Positions 26,678 to 34,460 of a stretch of DNA of 64,000 nt are shown piece by piece (positions within the stretch are counted from its first letter, which is position 1; each line of letters begins with the position of its first letter). This DNA is from a virus (lineage: Duplodnaviria > Heunggongvirae > Uroviricota > Caudoviricetes): IMG/VR virus record IMGVR_UViG_3300021431_000080, positions 68,460 through 132,459 of that record; one strand, given 5' to 3'. Both the position numbers and the translations under genes were made by a program. The notes under the pieces are model-generated. The model saw nothing but the letters and a program-made list of their open reading frames with translations. It was not told the origin of the DNA and searched no databases.

Positions 26678-27970
26678 ATGATCAACGAAAATGTACATGT
26701 TCCATTAGAGGACAACGTCGACAAACTGGCTGACGCTGTGATAAACGCTCTGGAATACAAGCTTTATTCTATGGCTGTAAAAAGCGACATATTCTTTGCC
26801 GATGTAAAAAGACTCCCTGCAAATTTCGACATTCTTTCCTGCGGAAAAAACTGGGACGAGTTTGCAAAGGCGATGGAGGACGAGCTGAAGCTGGAGAGGG
26901 AAAAGAGGATGTTCAACTACCCTATAGTGACGGAATTCAGAATTACAGACAAGGAGAATCCCTGCAGTAGCTTCATTTCATCCGATTGTGTCTATCGTTT
27001 TACCATAGACTCTGTATTCAGCTCGTATGGAAACAGAGTGGAACTGAAGGATGCCTATATAGAGAACGACGGATTGAACTTCATAGCCCACGATGTTGTT
27101 TTCGAGTTCAACATATCGCTTGATGAACTAGGGAAGGTAAAATCGATGATAACACATGAAGCGATGCACGTCTACGACGAGGTAAGGCAATATGCTGCGA
27201 AAGCGAAAGATGAAGACAATTATTTCCATGATGACGATTTGTGGAAGCAGTTCGGATATTTCAAGAAGGATAGGGATAAGGAAAGAGACGAGACGTATAG
27301 ATTTGTCGCGAATCTTGTGTCTGCAACCAACAACGACACTTCAAGAAGTCTGGATTCTGTAATCGTGTCAAAAAGCGTTAACCTTATAGCGAAAGCCATA
27401 TACATGTTGTTTCCTGCGGAGATAAAAGCGAACTATGCTGAATTTTACAAAGAGGCTTCGGATCACAAAGGTTTGAAATGTTTCGACAACAGAGCATACA
27501 GGAAGTATTACGATCTCTACATAGAAATTATGAACGGGTTCTATGTCACTGACTACAAGACGGGAAAACAAATTCATGTCGATTCCTTTCCAGATAATGA
27601 ATTTATGGATAAGAAGGTTATTCCAATTGCGATGGAAATTTTCAAGACAAAAAGGGATTTTTCGACAGTTGATGAACTGAAGACATACATACTGAAACGG
27701 ATAAATCTTGTGATAGAGAGGATGAAGAAGATTGACAAGTTTGTTAAAAACGAGCAGAAGTCCACTGAGAACGAGTTCAAGGAATCATTCAACTCACATT
27801 ATGACGGAATACTGGAATCACTGAAGGAGAACTACGGTGAAGTTGAGGGTATGTACAGGTTCACAATGAGAAGATATTACGGATCTGAGGAATTCTATAA
27901 GGTGATAAACGAAATCAGAAGATATTTCAGAAAAATAGAAACAGGATTGCAGCAACACCGGTTAGGCTGA
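26678..27970 (+). CDS. Hypothetical protein with an HExxH motif (possible metallopeptidase)
   Basis: 430 aa; single ITHEAMHVYDE motif. Confidence 0.4.
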   Translation: MINENVHVPLEDNVDKLADAVINALEYKLYSMAVKSDIFFADVKRLPANFDILSCGKNWDEFAKAMEDELKLEREKRMFNYPIVTEFRITDKENPCSSFISSDCVYRFTIDSVFSSYGNRVELKDAYIENDGLNFIAHDVVFEFNISLDELGKVKSMITHEAMHVYDEVRQYAAKAKDEDNYFHDDDLWKQFGYFKKDRDKERDETYRFVANLVSATNNDTSRSLDSVIVSKSVNLIAKAIYMLFPAEIKANYAEFYKEASDHKGLKCFDNRAYRKYYDLYIEIMNGFYVTDYKTGKQIHVDSFPDNEFMDKKVIPIAMEIFKTKRDFSTVDELKTYILKRINLVIERMKKIDKFVKNEQKSTENEFKESFNSHYDGILESLKENYGEVEGMYRFTMRRYYGSEEFYKVINEIRRYFRKIETGLQQHRLG

Positions 27971-28074
27971 TCCTTCCGTTGAGTCGGACGTATTATCCTG
28001 CAACGATAGCTTTGATCCCAGTATAATGTCTGGTGTAGCAAAGGACTCCTGAAGATAGCTACTTCGGGAGCTTT

Positions 28075-28148
28075 GGGGTAGTGCCTTCAATGGTACAGGA
28101 CCGCCCTTGCACGGCGGCATTTTCTCGGTTCGAATCCGAGCTACTCCA
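28075..28148 (+). tRNA. tRNA-Ala(TGC)
   Basis: G3-U70 pair, anticodon stem CCGCC/GGCGG with loop CTTGCAC, T-arm CTCGGTTCGAATCCGAG. Confidence 0.65.
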
Positions 28149-28172
28149 CTTATAATCAGCAAGTTATATAAT

Positions 28173-28260
28173 GGCACGTTAGACTAGTGGTCCAGGTCGC
28201 TACGCTTTCAACGTAGTTGGGGTATAAAAGCCCCTCATGAGTTCGAATCTCATACGTGCT
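28173..28260 (+). tRNA. Type II tRNA (long extra arm) with anticodon loop CTTTCAA (nominal TTC)
   Basis: 88 nt: acceptor GGCACGT/ACGTGCT, anticodon stem CTACG/CGTAG, 19-nt extra arm GGGG-TATAAAAG-CCCC, T-arm ATGAGTTCGAATCTCAT. A Glu-type anticodon on a Leu/Ser/Sec-type body is anomalous. Confidence 0.4.
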
Positions 28261-28265
28261 ACAAC

Positions 28266-28338
28266 GCCCTGTTCGAATAGTCGGTAAGTTCACCAGACCC
28301 TCAATCTGGAAACGCCAGTTCGAGTCTGGCACAGGGTA
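28266..28338 (+). tRNA. tRNA-Glu(CTC)-like, C at position 33
   Basis: Anticodon stem CCAGA/TCTGG with loop CCCTCAA; T-arm GCCAGTTCGAGTCTGGC. Confidence 0.5.
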
Positions 28339-28353
28339 CAATAACACACTGCG

Positions 28354-28429
28354 GGTGGGTGAAACGGATATTGCAAATCATTCAAGACTCATAATCTTGA
28401 GATACACAGTTCGACTCTGTGACCAGCTA
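28354..28429 (+). tRNA. tRNA-Met/Ile2(CAT)-like with an atypical D-arm
   Basis: Anticodon stem CAAGA/TCTTG with loop CTCATAA; T-arm CACAGTTCGACTCTGTG; the D-arm and acceptor are poorly paired. Confidence 0.4.
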
Positions 28430-28634
28430 CTAATTGAATATCAATAATTTGGAATTTGACCGAGGGAGTGAACTCAGCCGTGGTAACACGGTGGCACTGC
28501 GGAATGTGCCTTAATGGAGGGTTGCGAAAAGGAAACGCCTGTCCGCGTTCAGGCAGTTAAGAGAAACGGCGTTCGCGTGAAAAACGAGTACGGATGGCCC
28601 TATCGGTCAACTTGCGCAAGAATTCCAAATTTTT

Positions 28635-28708
28635 CGGCACGTAGCTCAGTTGGTCAGAGCGCATCCCTGATAAGGATGAGGTCGGTCGTTCAACTCGACC
28701 CGTGCCGA
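28635..28708 (+). tRNA. tRNA-Ile(GAT)
   Basis: Anticodon stem CATCC/GGATG with loop CTGATAA; T-arm GGTCGTTCAACTCGACC. Confidence 0.65.
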
Positions 28709-28808
28709 CTAGGTGTAAATCAATCTCTTTACCCGCACCTGAAGACGCATATCTTCTCCAGCATAAAGAAGGGGCAGAGGTCGTGATGCCAGAGAGTGGC
28801 ATCAAATC

Positions 28809-28882
28809 GGTCCCTTAGCTCAGTTGGTCAGAGCGTCTGACTCATAATCAGAGGGTCGGGGGTTCAAGTCCCTCAGGGACCA
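28809..28882 (+). tRNA. tRNA-Met(CAT)
   Basis: Anticodon stem TCTGA/TCAGA with loop CTCATAA; T-arm GGGGGTTCAAGTCCCTC. Confidence 0.65.
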
Positions 28883-28969
28883 CACAAGAGTCAACTTTTC
28901 GGTGGTAACACAGGCATTGGGTGGAGTTGCGGAGATCCGCGCTGGGAGCCTGTGATTTGATTCTTCTAT

Positions 28970-29044
28970 TCTCCTGTAGTTTAGTCCGGTATGAACGCCG
29001 CCGTCACATGGCGGAGGTCACTGGTTCAAATCCAGTCGGGAGAA
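28970..29044 (+). tRNA. tRNA-Val(CAC)
   Basis: Anticodon stem CCGCC/GGCGG with loop GTCACAT; T-arm ACTGGTTCAAATCCAGT. Confidence 0.55.
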
Positions 29045-29045
29045 C

Positions 29046-29090
29046 AATTCGCCGAAATCTAATAATAGGGGTTCGAATCCCCGGCGTTTT
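29046..29090 (+). ncRNA. Free-standing tRNA minihelix-like fragment (acceptor-like stem plus T-arm only)
   Basis: ATTCGCC-GAAATCTAATAAT-AGGGGTTCGAATCCCC-GGCGTTT; too short for D and anticodon arms. Confidence 0.3.
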
Positions 29091-29152
29091 ACACCGGTAC
29101 AAGCCTACCGGTGTGGATCGCCTGAAGGTAAGAGGGATGCCCGGCGAATTAT

Positions 29153-29224
29153 GTTCCTGTAGTTTAGAGGGAGAACATCTCCTTGACGTGGAGAAGGTCG
29201 GTGGTTCGATCCCACCCGGGAACA
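29153..29224 (+). tRNA. tRNA-Val(GAC)
   Basis: Anticodon stem TCTCC/GGAGA with loop TTGACGT; T-arm GGTGGTTCGATCCCACC. Confidence 0.65.
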
Positions 29225-29307
29225 CAAGATACAGGATGCCTATTGTTCGCGAACAGCGTCCTGTCACGTGGAAATCGTGCGGTGGGTCTCCCGATAGTAG
29301 CCGCCAT

Positions 29308-29380
29308 GCGACAATAGCTCAGCTGGCAGAGCGTTGGCTTCCCAAGCCGAAGGTCACGGGTTCGATCCCCGCTTGTCGCT
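29308..29380 (+). tRNA. tRNA-Gly(CCC)
   Basis: GCGACAA-TA-GCTC-AGCTGGCA-GAGC, anticodon loop TTCCCAA. Confidence 0.6.
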
Positions 29381-29583
29381 CTATTGGTCGAAGGTTCTTC
29401 ACACCAGAAACCATACTGTCAGTCTCGGCAGTGCAATGAGAGACCGTAAACGATCGAAACGTCAACAGATCCCCAACGCGACGGTGAGGGAAACGATGCC
29501 GAAGAAGCTTTGTTCAGGTGGTTGCGAGCTCTACAACAGATGTTCAGGCAATGTGAAGATAAGTCTGATAAAACCACTTATAT

Positions 29584-29657
29584 AGCGGGATGGACTGGAG
29601 AGGCTCCAGCTCGGCCTCATAAACCGAATGACGTGGGTTCAAATCCCACTCCCGCTA
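29584..29657 (+). tRNA. tRNA-Met/Ile2(CAT), third CAT species, slightly atypical 8-9 region
   Basis: Acceptor AGCGGGA/TCCCGCT, anticodon stem TCGGC/ACCGA with loop CTCATAA, T-arm GTGGGTTCAAATCCCAC. Confidence 0.5.
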
Positions 29658-29801
29658 CGAAAAACGACTATATATAGCTCAGAAGAGCCTGCAGGTCGAA
29701 GTCTAATGTAGTACATGGCGAACACAACAGGGAACTCGACAAAATCAAGCGGATGCTTGTTAGGTGACTACGCCGTGGGAGTTCGGTCGTTTTCTTTTTA
29801 T

Positions 29802-29885
29802 GCCCAGGTGGTGGAATTGGTAGACACGCCAGCTTGAGGGGCTGGTCCCGATTACGGGGTGCAGGTTCAAGTCCTGTCCTGGGCA
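29802..29885 (+). tRNA. tRNA-Leu(GAG), type II
   Basis: GCCCAGG-TG-GTG-GAATTGGTAGA-CAC, anticodon stem CCAGC/GCTGG with loop TTGAGGG, extra arm CCCG-ATTA-CGGG, T-arm GCAGGTTCAAGTCCTGT. Confidence 0.7.
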
Positions 29886-30023
29886 CAATGATTTTTGGCT
29901 AAGCGGTAACGAGCCAAACTGGTCATTAGTCAGATTGCCCCTGATGAATGTTGGGTGTCCGTGAAAGTCGGAGGAGAGTCTTCCAGTGTATCGTGTTCTA
30001 CTCCTAAAACAAGTAACAAGTAC

Positions 30024-30096
30024 GCCCTGTTAGTTCAGTAGGCAGAACAACTGTTTCGTAAACAGTAGGTCATTGGTTCAAATCCAGTACGGGGCT
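30024..30096 (+). tRNA. tRNA-Thr(CGT)
   Basis: Anticodon stem ACTGT/ACAGT with loop TTCGTAA; T-arm ATTGGTTCAAATCCAGT. Confidence 0.65.
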
Positions 30097-30105
30097 CAAA
30101 CACAC

Positions 30106-30178
30106 AGGGGATTGGTGTAGTGGTCTAGCATAGCGGTCTCCAAAACCGCAGACGGGGGCTCGAATCCTCCATCCCCTG
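30106..30178 (+). tRNA. tRNA-Trp(CCA), second copy, T-loop CTCGAAT
   Basis: Anticodon stem GCGGT/ACCGC with loop CTCCAAA. Confidence 0.55.
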
Positions 30179-30184
30179 CTAAAT

Positions 30185-30339
30185 GGTTCCATAGTTCAAC
30201 GGATAGAACATCGGTCTTTTACAGAGTTGTTCACTGGGACGAACATTTCCTGTATTTCCAAACAGGTGGATAAATGAGAGTTCGAATCTCTATACAGGAA
30301 CCTAAACCGGTAATGAGCGTTCGATTCGCTCTGGGACCA
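30185..30339 (+). tRNA. tRNA-Lys(TTT)-like gene interrupted by an 83-nt insert after the anticodon loop
   Basis: 5' part GGTTCCA-TA-GTTC-AACGGATA-GAAC-A-TCGGT-CTTTTAC at 30185-30222. 3' part ACCGG-TAAT-GAGCGTTCGATTCGCTC-TGGGACC-A at 30306-30339. Insert 30223-30305 opens with AGAGTTGTTCACTGGGACGAAC, the same motif as the 24798 insert, and carries the minihelix TCCTGTA...GAGAGTTCGAATCTCTA-TACAGGA. Confidence 0.5.
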
Positions 30340-30375
30340 CTAATTTTTTCAACCAAATTTTCAACTTTCATTTTT

Positions 30376-30395
30376 TATCGGTATCTTTGCATTGT
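30376..30395 (+). promoter_or_regulatory. Conserved promoter motif variant (TATCGGTATCTTTGCATTG)
   Basis: Lies ~40 nt upstream of the NfeD ATG. Confidence 0.45.
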
Positions 30396-30434
30396 AATCA
30401 ATTTATCATTTACAAATACAAAAAATAAAACACA

Positions 30435-30977
30435 ATGTACACATTAGATTTTATGACGCTGCCTGGATGGATCGCTCTGATCTCCGCTTTCCTTGTTGTC
30501 GGACAGCTGATCATCTCGCTTGTTTTCGGAGGTCTCGATGTCGACACGGACGCTGATGGTTTCGGCGACTTCGACATGTCAACAATCGCTTCCCCCAAGG
30601 GAGTCATTCACTTCCTCTGTGGAGCGTCGTGGTATCTTGTGCTTGTCCAACCTGTCCGCACAGCACGTGAATGGATGTACTATGACTGGTTGATTGCAAT
30701 CGGTGTAGGACTTATTACAGTTTTCCTGCTCGCTCTACTGTATTATGGTCTGAGCAAACTCGCTTGTGAGAAGGAGAAGGAGAAAGGTGAGGATCTGGTT
30801 GGTCGCAGAGGATATGTGTACCTAAACAACGGGAACGGAAACTATGATGTCAACATCTCCGTCTCTGGTGCCTCGACAATCATTCAGGTGACATCGGAGA
30901 ACAAAAACACCTCCCTTAAGGAGGGTGACAACGTTGTCATCAAGTCTTACTCTGACGGAATTTATTTTATCGATTAA
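30435..30977 (+). CDS. NfeD-like membrane protein (partner of SPFH proteins)
   Basis: 180 aa with N-terminal TM helices and a C-terminal OB-like beta domain (YVYLNNGNGNYDVNISVSGASTIIQV...NVVIKSYSDGIYFID). Sits immediately upstream of the SPFH gene. Confidence 0.55.
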   Translation: MYTLDFMTLPGWIALISAFLVVGQLIISLVFGGLDVDTDADGFGDFDMSTIASPKGVIHFLCGASWYLVLVQPVRTAREWMYYDWLIAIGVGLITVFLLALLYYGLSKLACEKEKEKGEDLVGRRGYVYLNNGNGNYDVNISVSGASTIIQVTSENKNTSLKEGDNVVIKSYSDGIYFID

Positions 30978-30997
30978 CTTTTTAAAAAACAAGCCAA

Positions 30998-33019
30998 ATG
31001 AACGTATTCATTATCGCGGGTGTCATCGCACTCGTTGTGATTCTGACGGTCGTCGGAATCCTGACACGCTACAAGAAGTGTCGCTCGGACGAAGTCCTTA
31101 TCGTCTACGGTAAGACGAAAGGCAAAACCTCTGCAAAATGCTACCACGGCGGTGCCGCATTTGTGTGGCCAGTGATCCAAGGTCACGCTGTCATGAGCAT
31201 GAGACCTATGCAGATCCAGTGCAACCTCGCCGGGGCTCTTTCCTCGCAGAAAATCGAGGTCAACGTCCCAACCGTTGTCACTGTGGCAATCTCAACCGAT
31301 CCAGAGGTCATGCAGAACGCTGCTGTACGTCTTCTCGGTCTGGACGAGAAAGAGAAGATTGAGCAAATTAAGGATGTCGTCTGGGGTCAGATGCGTCTTG
31401 TCATCGCAGAGATGGAAGTCGAACAGCTGATTTCCGACCGCGAACGCTTCCTCGGCTCATGTAAGACCAACATCACCACTGAGCTGAAGAAATTCGGTCT
31501 CGATCTGATCAACATCAACATTTCCGACATTTCGGACAATGCTGAGTACATCGCCAACCTCGGTAAGAAAGCCGCTGCAGAGGCGAAGTACCGCGCCCTT
31601 GCCGACATCGAGGAGAAGACCAAGGACGGTGAGGTCGGAATCGCCACCCAGAAGAAGGAGAAGGCTGTGAGTCTCGCCCAGATCAGCAAAGAGCAGGAGA
31701 CCGAAGTCGCCAAGAACGACCGCGATCAACAGACCACTGTCGCCGAGACACAGAAGGATCGCGACATCAAGCTCCGAGACACGGAGAAGGAGAAGAAGGT
31801 CGGTATCGCCGAACGCGAGAAGGAGGAGGTCGTCAGAACCCGTGAGATTATAAAGGATCGTGAGGTCGAGACCGCCAACCTCGACAAAGACGAGGCTACT
31901 CAGGTCGCGAACATCGAGAAGGAGAAATCCGTCGAGGTCGCAACCGCAGAGTCGCTGAAGGTCCAGAAAGTCGCCGAGCAGAAGAAGCTTAAGGATGTCG
32001 CTGTTGCCCAGCAACAGGCTATGACCGAGTCGGAGACTGCAGCAGCAAACGCCAAGCGCGACGCTGTCATCGCCGAGAAGCAAGCCGAGTCGCGTACTGC
32101 ACAGCAGAAAGCAACTCAGGACTCCGAGGCAAGCGTTGTCGAGTTCGAGCAGAGCGCAGAAGCCCGTAAGGAGACCGCTACCCAGCAGGCTGAAGCCAAG
32201 AAGCGGGAAGCCTTCCAGGAGAAGGAGAGCAAGGTCGCCGAGGCTGAAGCTAACACCCAGAAGCGCAAGGCTGTCGCAAAGAAGGATGCGACCCTGACTG
32301 AGAACACCGCCAACATCGAGGTCGCCAAGTCAGACGCAAAGCTCGGTGTTGAGCGTGCAGAGGCTGACAAGACCATCGGCGAGAGCCGTGCCAACGCCGA
32401 CAAAGCCGTCGGTATCGCCAAGGCAAAAGCTGAGGCTGAGGTTGCAAAGGCTCAAGCCGAAGCCGAAAAAGAAAAGCAGACTGCCGACATCATGGTCGGA
32501 ACAGAAATCGAGGCTGCCCGTAAGAAAGCAGAAGCCGAAGGTTTCAAGAACCAGACGATCGTCACCGCAGAAGGTGAAGCTGCTGCAATCCGCATGAAAG
32601 CTGAGGCTGAGGCTGAAGCAATCAAGATCAAGTCTCTTGCCGAAGCTGAAGGTCGACTGAAGATTGCCGAGGCTATCCAAGCCGAGAACGCAGCCAAGAC
32701 AGCGGAACTCCAGGCTCTGCTCCAGAAGGGCATGGCTGGCGAGCAGGTCGTCCAGATCGTCCTTAAGGAGGAACTGGAGAAGATTGCCCGCGCCGATGCA
32801 GAGAAGTTCGAGCACCTGCAGCTCGGCAACATCACGGTGGTTGGTGGACCAGAAGCTGCTCCGAGTTTCCTCGGAAAGGTTGTAGAGACAGTGAGCAAGG
32901 TAAGCACACTCAAGGACAACATTCCTGGAGTAGGCGGACTGCTTGGACTGCTCGGATCTTTCGACAAGAAGCACAACGGCGATCAACCCGCACAGGAAGC
33001 CGTCGAAGCCAACAAGTAA
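30998..33019 (+). CDS. SPFH/band-7 flotillin-like protein (YqiK/FloA-type)
   Basis: 673 aa with an N-terminal TM helix, an SPFH domain and a very long Ala/Glu/Lys coiled-coil. Very GC-rich (dense spurious antisense ORFs). Confidence 0.8.
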   Translation: MNVFIIAGVIALVVILTVVGILTRYKKCRSDEVLIVYGKTKGKTSAKCYHGGAAFVWPVIQGHAVMSMRPMQIQCNLAGALSSQKIEVNVPTVVTVAISTDPEVMQNAAVRLLGLDEKEKIEQIKDVVWGQMRLVIAEMEVEQLISDRERFLGSCKTNITTELKKFGLDLININISDISDNAEYIANLGKKAAAEAKYRALADIEEKTKDGEVGIATQKKEKAVSLAQISKEQETEVAKNDRDQQTTVAETQKDRDIKLRDTEKEKKVGIAEREKEEVVRTREIIKDREVETANLDKDEATQVANIEKEKSVEVATAESLKVQKVAEQKKLKDVAVAQQQAMTESETAAANAKRDAVIAEKQAESRTAQQKATQDSEASVVEFEQSAEARKETATQQAEAKKREAFQEKESKVAEAEANTQKRKAVAKKDATLTENTANIEVAKSDAKLGVERAEADKTIGESRANADKAVGIAKAKAEAEVAKAQAEAEKEKQTADIMVGTEIEAARKKAEAEGFKNQTIVTAEGEAAAIRMKAEAEAEAIKIKSLAEAEGRLKIAEAIQAENAAKTAELQALLQKGMAGEQVVQIVLKEELEKIARADAEKFEHLQLGNITVVGGPEAAPSFLGKVVETVSKVSTLKDNIPGVGGLLGLLGSFDKKHNGDQPAQEAVEANK

Positions 33020-33044
33020 TTGACTGAGAGGTTTCCAAAACCAA

Positions 33045-33080
33045 AGCAGAAGCCGTCCTTGTTTTAAGAACGGCTTCTGT
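33045..33080 (+). terminator. Hairpin between the SPFH gene and tRNA-Gly (terminator or processing site)
   Basis: AGCAGAAGCCGT..13-nt loop..ACGGCTTCTGT. Confidence 0.4.
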
Positions 33081-33084
33081 ATCA

Positions 33085-33157
33085 AGCAGTGTTCGTATAA
33101 CGGTTATTATTCCAGACTTCCAATCTGGGGATGTGGGTTCGATTCCCATACACTGCT
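33085..33157 (+). tRNA. tRNA-Gly(TCC)
   Basis: Anticodon stem CCAGA/TCTGG with loop CTTCCAA; T-arm GTGGGTTCGATTCCCAT; weak D-stem. Confidence 0.55.
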
Positions 33158-33187
33158 CAATAAATAACCAAACAGATCACAACATTT

Positions 33188-33430
33188 ATGAAACTCGAAA
33201 TGACTCGCGGATGCATCTGTGACAGCCTGTCCATAGACGGCACACAAGAAATAGATCTCACAGATGAACAGAGAAAGGAAGTTATCAAGAAAGTATTTGA
33301 TTCGATGGAACCAGAGGACTTGAACTATCTTCTACAGTGGTATCTTCCTTACAAGGGCGACTACGAGTCGAGCGACAAGCCGTGTGAATGTTGCGGCGAT
33401 TTCATCGAGAGTTTCAGTTTGGAAATATAA
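33188..33430 (+). CDS. Small Cys-containing hypothetical protein
   Basis: 80-aa ORF with ...CECCGDF. Confidence 0.3.
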   Translation: MKLEMTRGCICDSLSIDGTQEIDLTDEQRKEVIKKVFDSMEPEDLNYLLQWYLPYKGDYESSDKPCECCGDFIESFSLEI

Positions 33431-33542
33431 ACAGGAAATTATAAGTTGTCTTGTGCCTTAAAGGGAATGAAAGGGCAAAAACAAGATAGGTGGAGAAATC
33501 GTGGATTCCCCTGCGTGCCGAGGTAAGTTTCCTGTTTTGTAT

Positions 33543-33686
33543 GAAGTCATGAAGCAGATAGGATGTGCTACTGCAGGAATTAGTAGTCGTTTGGATCTTG
33601 ATCAAGAGCCTCCACGATAGCAGAACTTGATTTCAGGGTAGACGAAAAGGATGCAGACTATGGTGGTTCGAATCCACTTGACTTCA
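33543..33686 (+). ncRNA. tRNA-like element with a distant acceptor pairing (GAAGTCA...TGACTTC) and a canonical T-arm
   Basis: GGTGGTTCGAATCCACT-TGACTTC-A at 33662-33686. The only 7/7 acceptor partner is 120 nt upstream (33543-33549). Lies within a 1-kb ORF-free, GNRA-rich region. Confidence 0.25.
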
Positions 33687-34411
33687 CAAAAGGTTTTCAA
33701 TTTTGAAAAGAGTTCTTTGAAAGAATAAAACCCAATGCTGCAAAGGTGTGCGAATCATCGGACTGCCTGCCAGAAGAACCTCTGGAGAACTGCAGACGCT
33801 CACACTTAATGTCTAAAATACCTCAAGACCTTTTATTGGTAATCTTGGCTCAAGGTAACAGCGCGAGAGAATAAGTCATTGCAGATGGTCACACGGATGA
33901 TGTCAGGCAGACATTGGGAAATGTTAATCTTGTCTTCGACGGATCAGTTAAACGGTTAAGCACAGGGGACGTAATTGCAGGGGAGACCCCTGCTTCCTGT
34001 AAAGGTTGGATGCCAAACGGTGATGACGGGTTCGAATCCCGTCTTCGTTGTTGATGAGATTGCAATATAAGGATGGAAGGAAAATATGCGGTTTGAAATT
34101 GTTCGAATGTCTCGTTCGGAAGTCAGTGTGTCCCACTTCTGGCACGGAGAAAGGCTTCCGATGAAAGAGAGAAGGAGGAATGGCAGTCGGACTCTTGCAA
34201 GAGTTTCATATCGTATTGACAGATTGTTTTGATCGAAACTGGTCGCCGCTACAAGATTGTCGCGGAGCAGGATAAGGAGACCTGCACATTTGTCTGAATT
34301 CCGTCTTTTATTTTGGAAGGTGAACTGTAGTGGTATTACAGCGCAGTCTTGAAAACTGTTGGGACATTTAGTTGTCTGGGGATCGTGCCCTCCGCCTTCC
34401 GCTTTCTTAAT

Positions 34412-34449
34412 TTTTACCTCCAAGGGTTCGAATAAATAAAGTAAATCGA
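34412..34449 (+). promoter_or_regulatory. Long hairpin immediately upstream of the GIY-YIG gene
   Basis: CCAAGGGTTCGA-ATAAATAAAGTAAA-TCGAACCTTTGG. Confidence 0.35.
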
Positions 34450-34460
34450 ACCTTTGGTGT

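Noticed and set aside
28445-28630. A tmRNA or RNase P RNA in the GNRA-rich block
   Set aside because: No tag-peptide ORF ending in ALAA or similar, no acceptor plus TTCGACTCC-type 3' end in the right arrangement, and no AAAGTCCGG-type P4 motif could be found by eye. The block is left as an unclassified structured RNA.
30998-33085. Dense overlapping ORFs on both strands inside the SPFH gene, dnaK, Ro60 and the 51.5-52.7 kb block
   Set aside because: This is the typical artefact of GC-rich coding DNA, where long antisense ORFs arise by chance. Only the sense ORF has recognisable domains.
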